Of a stretch of DNA of 64,000 bases, positions 42,301 to 50,516 are shown piece by piece. The notes beneath the pieces are model-generated. The model worked only from the letters and a program-made list of their open reading frames with translations, did no database searches and was not told the origin of the DNA. This DNA comes from Candidatus Latescibacterota bacterium (lineage in GTDB: Bacteria; Latescibacterota; UBA2968; SICM01). The stretch is taken from positions 352,001 through 416,000 of the forward strand of contig CBDCJO010000002.1 in assembly GCA_965217865.1 (NCBI GenBank). The letters run 5' to 3'. The stretch's first letter is position 1, and every line of letters starts with the position of its first letter. The translations under genes and the position numbers were made by a program.

Positions 42301-43260
42301 ACGCCCTCAGGACAACTTGTCGGCGTATTCTTGTCGGCTTGTCGCGAAAATGTCCCGACCCCCTTTGTCGCCGGAAGTATCGCACGGCAAATACGGGATG
42401 CCGTGATTAGCGCCACCGGCTGGAGCGGTCTGATCGCGCTGCATCGTTTGATCGAATTCCTTCCGTACTTTCTGCGCGCCGATTGCGATTGGACCCGTGA
42501 GCATTTAATCCCTCCCTTGCTCACGGAAGACGCCGCGTCCCTTGTCCTCTGGCACGCCGTCGCGCTACGGCGCCGTTTCGCCGATGTTCTGAAGATCATC
42601 GGCGATAAGATGGCCGAAAAGGCAACGGATCAGCGACTTGGGCGCAGAACGCGGCAGAGTCTGGCGTCCAGCCTCGTAGTCGAATCCTTGCACGCCTTCC
42701 GCGAGTCCCGCGAGCCGGAGGTGCCCAACCCTCGCATACAGCAAATGCTGCGGTCCCTTGATGACGAGGTTCGGGCAACCGCGGCGGATGCCATCCAACA
42801 GTTCGTTCAAGATCTCTCGAAGACCAAGGTCAACAAGCAGGCGGCGGCAGAGCTGTTCCAATCCGCCGCCGTGCCCTTTCTTAATCAAGTGTGGCCGCAG
42901 GAGCGTTCTTTGACTACGCCGGGCGTGAGCCGCGCCCTCGCGGACTTACCCGCGACATCGGGAGAAGCATTCGCCGAAGCTGTCGAGGTGATCGAGCGCT
43001 TCCTCGTGCCTTTCGGGTGCAGGTCGATGCGTAATTATGGCCTCTATGGCAATGACGGTGAGGCAAAGAAGCTCTCGATCATCAATGACGAGCCCAAGGC
43101 GAAAGCCCTCTTGCGGTTGCTCGACTTGACCGTGGGACCCTCGGAAGACACCGTTATGCCTCATGGTCTGACAGATGCCCTGGACCAAATCCGCTCTGTC
43201 GCACCGGCTCTTGTCGGTTCTCCGGTATTCCGACGCCTTTCAACTGCCGCCCGTCGTTGA
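39367..43260 (+). CDS. SIR2-domain defence protein (Dsr1-like, SIR2_2 + DUF4020-like + long helical region), 1297 aa
   Basis: GGAGGTG RBS; IPERLLLAHARGEVLFICGAGIS..GLPDF, TTNFD, HIHG, LVLSDQDFGEFY, VGYSANDPPMRYLL. Confidence 0.85.
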   Translation: MEPDIDDRVIFLGDGLPAIPERLLLAHARGEVLFICGAGISMPAGLPDFRELVLGVYQKLDKAVHGVIVGLPHDVCNQWEDSCSGLTERQAAEVRRFVIGDHDVVLGMLERRLDDETQGDSSVRREVVTLLRAGGNKPAAMHRALMRLADRGGAVTIVTTNFDLLLEMAGKRLQSPVETYSLGSIPRPTKRTDFAGVLHIHGVLNTNPHRVSELVLSDQDFGEFYMRRRVVPDFIYDTARLFHLVLVGYSANDPPMRYLLNAVAADGTRFDDLKERFIFFGASPRDPVALEDWKARGITPIHYDSKDDHAVLGETFERWAELSAINGKTRTVDKEIRRIVKATKADALEADHDLFDHLLRRSNASERIRLSALVSGEKADLGWLDAIVKIGAEKGAGAQFMIPPWATLDDNGRAMSRATVAFLKHRLAESDTIVWALRLNSEQNIERIAVTHLLNSPNGPVLEEPWASAWRLIEESWSRNLDGEDPSMVDIYNIQQRLHAGDRSGAILSAIVNLVAPGLKVQPIDPYYKWQFLKKPRRPSHPSHLLSASLTSGELVDLNILRLAELTEVPFLMALANALEAAVNHGLDIARRISGDGEPELWRLGSLHWVGYTQAAPEVDGENEPNAYNPGIAPAVKFLHAVVARIAELEPRSARPFVQRWRFVSSPVHIRLGAAAALNPLLASAEEVAKFLIGLNDRQFWGLHEFPEIAKLRALRFAELDRETQRAITARLRKRPPRDHWLRKSDADQVKNARLYWAVRELKRIEIAGGDLPRDARLWLEAGIGQFADLAEMKIDDGFPGAPQVSAVPRYLDDRYDALQGDARLRTLEKALSTERGGWDDDSATRASNWLRQSDKTVLVLGDLEAVEDGGDKFPSVWNRFSWVHAPGQPESEVDSQRDLQDEAERVLRLLEKPSDKTLSAPIEGISQWLYVWRKQIIDSPQVLRVWLRIWPIAVEATNVNQQSEDDAGELMDYDTLNTPSGQLVGVFLSACRENVPTPFVAGSIARQIRDAVISATGWSGLIALHRLIEFLPYFLRADCDWTREHLIPPLLTEDAASLVLWHAVALRRRFADVLKIIGDKMAEKATDQRLGRRTRQSLASSLVVESLHAFRESREPEVPNPRIQQMLRSLDDEVRATAADAIQQFVQDLSKTKVNKQAAAELFQSAAVPFLNQVWPQERSLTTPGVSRALADLPATSGEAFAEAVEVIERFLVPFGCRSMRNYGLYGNDGEAKKLSIINDEPKAKALLRLLDLTVGPSEDTVMPHGLTDALDQIRSVAPALVGSPVFRRLSTAARR

Positions 43261-43361
43261 GAGCCGCAAATCGGTCTGGAGTTACCCCGTTTTAGCGGAC
43301 GGTTTATCAGTTGCGATTCAGTCGGCTGCAAGGGCGACATCGCTGGAGGTCTTCTCGAAGT

Positions 43362-44126
43362 TCATTGGAGAGAGACATCCGAGTGCTGAGTGTCGCCGAT
43401 GGAGGTTGTACCAGCCCTCGATGTATTGAAATACGGACATCCGGGCTTCGGCCTGTTTTCTCGTCCGTTGTCGGCGCGAATCGGATTCGTGAAGACATGG
43501 TCACCCCCGAACGAGCGGTTCAGGGCGGTGGCTATGTCAGGCTCGTTCAAATCGCCTGGGTTATCGAAGTGTTCCGCCAGGCTGTCGGGAAACAGCCGCT
43601 CCCGCAGGTGGATGGTGAACGCAGCGGCGTCGTCCGACGGCGAGCGAGCGCTGGACCAGAATTGCATCTCGTCGAGGAACTGGCGCGCGCGATCAAGGGT
43701 TGGGGACACGAAGCGAATCGTGTTCGAGAGTGCGCGGAAGCGATGAGCATTCGAGTTCTCAGCTCGGAAGCCAAGCAGTTCTCGATTACGCTCGTCGAAG
43801 AAGTGGACGTAAAAGGAGTCTGACGAGAGCAGCAAAAGGAAATCTCGGGTGATCTCCTCGTTGAAGAGTGGTGTGCGGATGACCAGTGGTTCATCGTTGT
43901 CATCAAAGAAGGCTGTCAGCAGACCATACGTAGCAACATCGCCGACACGGACGGGGACTAAATAGAAGCGGAATCCTCCGCGCAGTTTGGCCGTTTGAGC
44001 CATCTCTCTCGGGGCCTTCACGACGAGGATCATCCGCGAGTCGCCACGGCGGCGAATGGGCCATAAGCCTCCCGGAAAGTCCACGAGTGTGTCTACAACC
44101 TCCGGGTTTGTGATAGTAAGCTTCAT
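43362..44126 (-). pseudogene. Hypothetical protein, probably truncated by an IS3-like end at 43277-43300
   Basis: Coding-like ORF MKLTITNPEV...; TGGAGTTACCCCGTTTTAGCGGAC IR-like sequence nearby. Confidence 0.4.
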
Positions 44127-44562
44127 TAAGGAAGCCTCAGAGCATAGCGTAGCGTTTCTGAGAAGGAACGTTGGAGTGAAGCCCTGTGGCAAGCTTCGCG
44201 GAGGCGCTCCTTATGATCAAGGTAGGCCTCTCCGGTCGCGCAAAGGTGAGCCCCGGCGTGGTCCGGCGCTCTACCCCAGCCGACTAACGTAAGATGCCTT
44301 GAAGGCCTTGCTGCGGTGTGTCCCCGACTCGATCTCCCCAGCCCTGAGCCGGTCCAGATAGTCGGCCCAGTCGTCCATGCGCAACTCTGCCTCCCTCCGG
44401 CCGCGGCAAACTGGCCCCGGAGTTGCCCCCCAACAGGCTGCACGGCTGCTCAGTCTTGACCGTCGACCTGCTCGACAAGGCTCTTCATCTCACGAATGAG
44501 CGCAGCCACTTCCCGCCACTCGGCGGTCGCCGCGGATAAGACCGAGAGCGTGCGCTCCAGAC

Positions 44563-45216
44563 CTACATCCCGAATGTGTGATCGACCGCGAAAAGGTAAG
44601 AATAGGCGCTAACCCTCTTGGGGTCGCTGGGAACGAGCCCGGAAATGACGCCAGCTGCGGTGAGGGCCAAGCCGAACGGGTCGCCAGCGTACACGGACCA
44701 GACACCGCCCGTAATCCCCAAAGACCACGATGCTAAGTTCTTGCCGAGTGTCCGTTGGGTAGATCGTTGGATGTCGTGGGCCGCGTCAGCGATCTCCTGT
44801 CGGCGTTGCAGCAACACATTTTCTCGTTCGCCAGAATTGTCGATCTCAGCAAGTTCAGCCATGAAGTTCCGAAGATCGCGCATGTATGCCCGATGGGCGT
44901 CTCCATGCTCCGTACGGAACTCTAGAACGTCGTCGAGCGGAATGGCGGCTAAGTCGAACGATACGGGTTCAAGATCCAGCTTGATCACCTTATCGCGTGA
45001 TGGCATCGACTCCCGTGACAACGTTCTTACCAAGTCCGTGGCAGCTTGGGGCATGTTGGTTACCGGATGAATCGCCATTTCACGCTTTTTCCCGGCGACA
45101 CGGGAGAGTTGTGCGAGCACGACAAGGATAGTGGTGCGCACGTCTGGATGGAGCGGGATTGAAACTCCATCCTCGCTCGGGCGTGCAAGCCCTCTCTCTT
45201 GAAGCTCGTCGACCAA
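44563..45216 (-). pseudogene. Hypothetical protein C-terminal part with hydrophobic tail
   Basis: 217-codon ORF; IPLDDVLEFR, GITGGVWS..PFGLAL..YSYLF. Confidence 0.45.
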
Positions 45217-45384
45217 AAAACCCGCTAACTTAACGTCGGCGCCGTAACCGATTCGGGATTGCGACAGTTCTGCGAAATATTCGGCCTTCGGAAGGTCATT
45301 GAATGCACCATTGGTGAGTAGTTCAACAACGACTTTCGCAAGCTTGCCGGCGATTTCCTCGTCAACCCAGTCGTTGGGTTCGAG

Positions 45385-45720
45385 AAACGTCTGGTTCCAA
45401 TTTCATTTGTGTTTCTGTTCATGGCACTCACGTCCGACGCTTTCGCCAGGCGCTCGGGCCTGATGGTGGTTGAGGAGATCGTCGCCTTCGAGATCCGGGT
45501 CGTCTCCTTACCCCCTTCTCCAGAACCCCGTTCTCCAGATTTCAGCGGAAACGGCGTGGTCGGGCTCGAGGATTTCTTCATTTTCGCCGAGTCCTTTGGA
45601 ATGGAAGTTGGTACATCATCGCCGCCACCGGACCCGCCAGCCGGATTGGCGCCGGCGGATCAGGCAGTGTTCGACAGTCTGGCTGTCGGGAAGCAGATAG
45701 TGGACGTCTATGTATCTGAA
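45385..45720 (+). pseudogene. Internally deleted third copy of the 29042-30658 secreted protein
   Basis: 45385-45450 = signal peptide 29045-29110; then copies of ~30392-30505 and ~30600-30655. Confidence 0.85.
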
Positions 45721-45941
45721 TCCCTTTCCGCGGATTGCGTAGCCATCTCGTTAGCGTTTAGGATTCAGCATTTATAAGGTTCCGAACATAATATACACAT
45801 CACTATTTCTTTCTATGTGCCTATTTCGTAGGCGCAGGCCGCTTGAGCCGCAAGCGGACTTTCAGTTGAAATAAACCTACCGTCTTTAGTCGGGTAGTGG
45901 CAGTTATTGGAGAGTGTTTTAAACATCAGAAAGGGCACTTT

Positions 45942-47018
45942 ATGAAACACGTCATCGAAGGAATCAGAAGAAGATCTATAGGAGCGGAAAGCAGACCAAA
46001 TTTTACGTTTAGGCACTGCATATACCCAATTACGAGTGTTCTTGGATATTATAACCCTATTTTTTATGATGACCGGACATATGATCTAATGAGGGTCTCA
46101 TGGTCTTCTTGGTATCATCCAGGGAAAGCAATCGTATCGGCGTCATTTCTCAGCCAATGTTACCTCAACATTGAAAGGCTATTTGGTGCAACTGTAGAAA
46201 GCCATCTATGTTCATCCCCGGATGAATTCCGCGAGCTCATGTATGATCGAGTGTGCAATAACCGGCCGCTATTCTTATTCATTTATGGTAATCCAAAGAG
46301 AATGGGGGAAGAGATCAGAGTCACAAGTGGCACAGATCATGTCACATTTGCGGGTATCGGGATTGACAGTGCCCAAGACCGTGTGCTGGTGGCTAATAAT
46401 TTTGCAATTGGGTGGTGTCCGATCGAAGATATTGGACACCGGATTCTGGTTAATCTGGTGGATGAATTTTATGTTTCGCCGGATTGCACAATGCCCGCAT
46501 TTGACGTTCTTGCTAACCATTTGCTGATTCAAGTTTCAAGCAACTTTGATGATAATCCTGTAACGTACGGAGACGTTCCAGGCAGGGACGTGCCACCGCA
46601 TGAAATGATATGTGGTGTTAAAGGCATCCATGCATTTGCTGAACATCCTAGCTTTCATAGAAAAGGTTGGTCAGTTGAGCAAACCGCTCGTGAAGGAATT
46701 ACCTTTGGGCTTCTGGTGGCCCGTCAGGAAAGGAGTCTATTCATTTCAATCTTTGAGGAATTTATATCTTCCACTTATGATCCTTACACCTATAATGGCA
46801 TAATGGAGTACTGGAAAGAGCTTTCTAAGACTTGGGTGGTTGCAGGGAAATTGAGTAAAAGGCTCGAATTGAAGGGGAATGGGGATGTAAGTTCCAAATT
46901 TCGGGATATCCTACATAGCACAGGAGAACAGGAGGAAAAAATACTCCTCTTGCTTCGAGACTATTTAGTTGGGGTCCTTAAACATTCTAAGAGAAATCAG
47001 GAGTTGGTTGAAGGTTGA
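45942..47018 (+). CDS. Hypothetical protein, possibly BtrH/papain-like fold; lower GC
   Basis: Long ORF; HC.....VL.YY, DH....GID....VLV pattern; helical C-terminus. Confidence 0.5.
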   Translation: MKHVIEGIRRRSIGAESRPNFTFRHCIYPITSVLGYYNPIFYDDRTYDLMRVSWSSWYHPGKAIVSASFLSQCYLNIERLFGATVESHLCSSPDEFRELMYDRVCNNRPLFLFIYGNPKRMGEEIRVTSGTDHVTFAGIGIDSAQDRVLVANNFAIGWCPIEDIGHRILVNLVDEFYVSPDCTMPAFDVLANHLLIQVSSNFDDNPVTYGDVPGRDVPPHEMICGVKGIHAFAEHPSFHRKGWSVEQTAREGITFGLLVARQERSLFISIFEEFISSTYDPYTYNGIMEYWKELSKTWVVAGKLSKRLELKGNGDVSSKFRDILHSTGEQEEKILLLLRDYLVGVLKHSKRNQELVEG

Positions 47019-47504
47019 GTAAGTGTATAGTAGCATCTACGGAAATAGATTTGAGATTGCGTTGACTATATCGATAGACCTATTTCCCATGTTCCGATAA
47101 CTCCCTTGAGGGTGGACTATCGCAGTCATAGGTTTTGATCCATTGAGCTTTCTCTCCATGGTTTCAATAGAATGGTAGTTAGGTGGTCCGAGAAGTTTGT
47201 ATTCAGAAGATTCTAAACGAAGGCCTCCTTCCCCTCACTTGAGGCTGATGAGGTTCATGTTATGGAAGGTATCTCTGGAAGCCACGTTATCGTCTGTAGA
47301 GGTCTTTCCGAGACGATATTGCAGAACTTATGGCCAAAACCAATTCAGAAAATCGGCATGAAAAAGTACGTCATCGAATTTAAGAAGAACAGCACTGCTA
47401 AGTCATGAATACCAGAGTCCCTCTTCGAGGATTCTCTTGGGATATTGCGTGGAGTCTGTTTTTCTACTCTTCGAAAGGTTTCTGTGAGAGTCCAGTTTCC
47501 TTTT

Positions 47505-47649
47505 CTGTTGCGGTCTATCAAGACGGTTGAGTTGCCCGTATCGGATATTATGCAAACGACCAGGTTCTACCGTGACGTTCTCGGGTTATGGGTGGGCAAG
47601 ACTGACGACGGCACAGTAGTGAGGGCGGGGGAAACGGATCTCGCCCTAG
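47505..47649 (+). pseudogene. VOC/glyoxalase fragment cut by IS
   Basis: LRSIKTVELPVSDIMQTTRFYRDVLGL. Confidence 0.55.
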
Positions 47650-49175
47650 CAGCCTGTTGAAAAAGTGCGTTTATGCCAAGATGACTGTTGTCTTTCCTTG
47701 TGGTTTGGTCCTATGATATATCAGGTTCAAACTGAGAAGGGAGGACGAGCAAATGGCAATGGGAAAACGAGGACGACAGAGACAGGAAAACCTGTTCATC
47801 GCATCGAACACTTTGGTGAAATCTCCGGGTCATCCGTTCTACGAGAAGCTGAATCAGGTATTGGGGGCGAACGGCTTCGACGAGTTCGTCGAGGGGCTTT
47901 GCCAGCGGTATTACGCTCCTCATATGGGTCGCAAGGGCATTCCGCCCGGGGTTTATTTTCGGATGCTTTTGATTGGGTATTTCGAGGGACTTGATTCGGA
48001 ACGTGGGATCGAATGGCGTGTATCTGACTCGCTGACGTTGCGCCGGTTTTTGGGGTATGCCCTTGACGAACAGACCCCGGATCATTCCAGCCTGTCTCGC
48101 ATCCGGCATCGGCTTCCCTTGGAAGTTCACGAAGCGGTTTTCAAGTGGATCCTGAGGGTCTTGTGCAAAGCGGGTCTGGTGAAGGGGAAGACGTTGGGCG
48201 TGGATGCTACGACACTGGAGGCCAACGCCGCGATGCGCAGCATTGTACGCCGTGACACGGGTGAAGGCTACCAGGCATTCCTTGAGAATCTGGCCAAGGC
48301 CTCGGGCATTGAAACGCCTACCCGCGAGGACTTGTCCAAGATCGATAAGAAGCGACCGAAGAAGGGATCGAACCAGGACTGGGAGCACCCGCACGACCCG
48401 GATGCCAAGATCGCTAAGATGAAGGACGGTCGCACGCACATGGCGCACAAGGTGGAGCACGCGGTGGATCTGGACACCAATGCCATTGTGGCAGTGGCGT
48501 TGTCGGGAGCAGATGAAGGAGATACCGAGTCGTTGCCCTGGACGCTGCTCGAGGCGCCGCTCAATCTCAAGCAGGTCGCGAAGGACGAAAAAGCTGCCAA
48601 ACGTTTGCACAGACAGCGTATACGGGAGGTGGTTGCGGACAAAGGATATCATAGCAACGATGTATTGACCAGTCTGAAGCAAGGCGGCATCCGGAGTTAC
48701 ATTTCAGAACCGGATCGGGGACGCCGCAAGTGGAACGGCCGACGAGATGAGCAGGCCGCGGTATATGCGAATCGACGCCGGATCAAGGGAGATCGCGGCA
48801 AGGCCTTGCGCCGAAGTCGTGCAGAACGGGTGGAAAGAACCATCGCTCACACATATGATACCGGTGGCATGCGCAGGTTGCACTTGAGAGACCGCGGCAA
48901 TATCCTCAAGCGTTTGCTGATCCACATCGGGGGCTGCAACCTGGCTCTGCTCATGCGCAAAGTGATGGGCGTAGGTACTCCGAAGGCCCTCCAGGACCTG
49001 GCCAAGGCCTTGCAGCGTCTACTGCTCGTCCTACAATCACGTTTGCTGCCCTCGGTCACCTTTTTAACCTCTTATCAGCGTCTCCTGCTCAATCTCCTTA
49101 CCTTGATTTATCTGACCCGCACTCCAGGCGTCTTTTCCGTTTATGTGCGTTGAAAGGTAGTTCTTCAACGGGCTG
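47650..49175 (+). mobile_element. Complete IS1182/IS5-like insertion sequence (1526 bp)
   Basis: IRs CAGCCTGTTGAAAAA / TTCTTCAACGGGCTG flanked by CTAG on both sides. Confidence 0.9.
47753..49153 (+). CDS. DDE transposase (DUF772 + DDE_Tnp_1-like)
   Basis: GRKGIPP, PDHSSLSRIR, GVDATTLEANA, VADKGY, VERTIA. Confidence 0.9.
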   Translation: MAMGKRGRQRQENLFIASNTLVKSPGHPFYEKLNQVLGANGFDEFVEGLCQRYYAPHMGRKGIPPGVYFRMLLIGYFEGLDSERGIEWRVSDSLTLRRFLGYALDEQTPDHSSLSRIRHRLPLEVHEAVFKWILRVLCKAGLVKGKTLGVDATTLEANAAMRSIVRRDTGEGYQAFLENLAKASGIETPTREDLSKIDKKRPKKGSNQDWEHPHDPDAKIAKMKDGRTHMAHKVEHAVDLDTNAIVAVALSGADEGDTESLPWTLLEAPLNLKQVAKDEKAAKRLHRQRIREVVADKGYHSNDVLTSLKQGGIRSYISEPDRGRRKWNGRRDEQAAVYANRRRIKGDRGKALRRSRAERVERTIAHTYDTGGMRRLHLRDRGNILKRLLIHIGGCNLALLMRKVMGVGTPKALQDLAKALQRLLLVLQSRLLPSVTFLTSYQRLLLNLLTLIYLTRTPGVFSVYVR

Positions 49176-49307
49176 CTAGGGGTTAGGTCTGACACACCAT
49201 CGATTTTTTATGTTCGTCAAAAAACCCTTAATTTACCATCGTCTAAATTTTCCATTTTCCATTTTGCACCTTGCATTTCCATGACCTCTCGGTGGCGAAA
49301 ACCCACC

Positions 49308-49440
49308 GCGTCCTTCGACTACGCGGCGCTGACGCGCCGCTCCGCTCAGGATGTTTCAATAAGGTTTAGAATTCGCTTAACGAATCGCTTTGGTCCCCCT
49401 TCCCTTTTGGGAAGCCACGTCCTGAGCGAAGTCGAAGGAG
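49308..49440. repeat. Inverted REP-like pair, bracketed by imperfect direct repeats and heptamer runs
   Basis: TCCTTCGACT..CGCTCAGGA / TCCTGAGCGAAGTCGAAGGA; TTAGGTCTGACA..TTCGTCAA at 49184 and 49453; TTTCCAT and TCTCACG runs. Confidence 0.55.
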
Positions 49441-49591
49441 GGGCGCAGGGGCTTAGGTCTGACAGCTGACCGAAGTTTTACTTTCGTCAAGAACCCCACA
49501 CGGTCTTTCAATCTTCAATCGTCCGTCTCACGTCTCACTTCTCACGTTTGACGTTTGACGGCCTTTCAATCTCTGACAGGAGGCCAAGGAA

Positions 49592-50467
49592 ATGACCGAT
49601 TCGACCTTGCCCGACAGCTTACAACTCCTGACCATCGTCGCGCACCCGCACGACGTGACGTATACCCTGGGGACCTCGGCGCACCACATTCAGCGCGGCG
49701 ACCGCGTCACCGTGGTGTCCCTGACCGACGGCGTAACCACCCATAACGCCGAGCTCGAAGACGAGCTTCGCAAGCCGGAGGGCGAACGCCGGGAAGAGGT
49801 CCTCGATCGGCCACGCGATGAAATTGCGATGCGTAAGCAGCAGGAATTTGGGAGGGTTTGCGGCCTGTTCGGAATCACCGACGTGCGCGTCCTTCCCTTT
49901 GCCGACAATCCGATGGAGGCGACCCCCGAGCTTCACCGGTCGTTGTCGGAGATCTTTTATGAGGTCCGGCCTCATATCGTGATCACCCACGCTCCGTATA
50001 ACTATCCATACCGGGACAAAACGAGCCTGTTTAGTACGGATCATTCGATGGCCGGGCAGCTTGTCTGCGCTGTCATTCAGCGTGTCGGCCAGGCGGACGT
50101 CCAGCGCAAGCGTTCGCCCCACCAGGTGGCCCAGGTCTACTACATCGGCGTGGAATTCGGATGGACCGACGTCGACCTGTTCGTCGACATCTCGGATCAA
50201 ATAGACAACCGCATCAAAGCAGAGGCCTTTTACGAATCCCAGGGCCACACTTCGGAGTTTGCCCGCAAACGAATCGAAGTCGCCGCCGGCTACCTCGGCT
50301 GGTGGGCGCGTTGCCCGTATGCCGAGACATTTATACGGTCAAAAGCCGAGACCAGCGATTACCTGACCCTTACGCCCAACGATATGAGAACCGCTCAGAT
50401 GTCCGCCAAAGACGTCCACGAGAAGTTGAGTCAATTCGCCAGTGGCTCGAAAAGGCCGGCGGTTTAG
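49592..50467 (+). CDS. PIG-L/LmbE family deacetylase
   Basis: VAHPHD, LTDG, RPHIVITH, TDH, YESQ, YAETF. Confidence 0.85.
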   Translation: MTDSTLPDSLQLLTIVAHPHDVTYTLGTSAHHIQRGDRVTVVSLTDGVTTHNAELEDELRKPEGERREEVLDRPRDEIAMRKQQEFGRVCGLFGITDVRVLPFADNPMEATPELHRSLSEIFYEVRPHIVITHAPYNYPYRDKTSLFSTDHSMAGQLVCAVIQRVGQADVQRKRSPHQVAQVYYIGVEFGWTDVDLFVDISDQIDNRIKAEAFYESQGHTSEFARKRIEVAAGYLGWWARCPYAETFIRSKAETSDYLTLTPNDMRTAQMSAKDVHEKLSQFASGSKRPAV

Positions 50468-50516
50468 GTTTTCCATGACCTCCGATCCCCGACCCATGAC
50501 CCCCGGAGGAATCACG

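Noticed and set aside
45838-45870. CCGCTTG/CAAGCGG hairpin resembling an attC arm
   Set aside because: No properly spaced AAC/GTT boxes
47711-48682. 323-aa antisense ORF (and similar ones at 50928-51854, 56259-57260, 60850-61677, 62447-63253)
   Set aside because: Shadow ORFs opposite well-supported genes in GC-rich DNA
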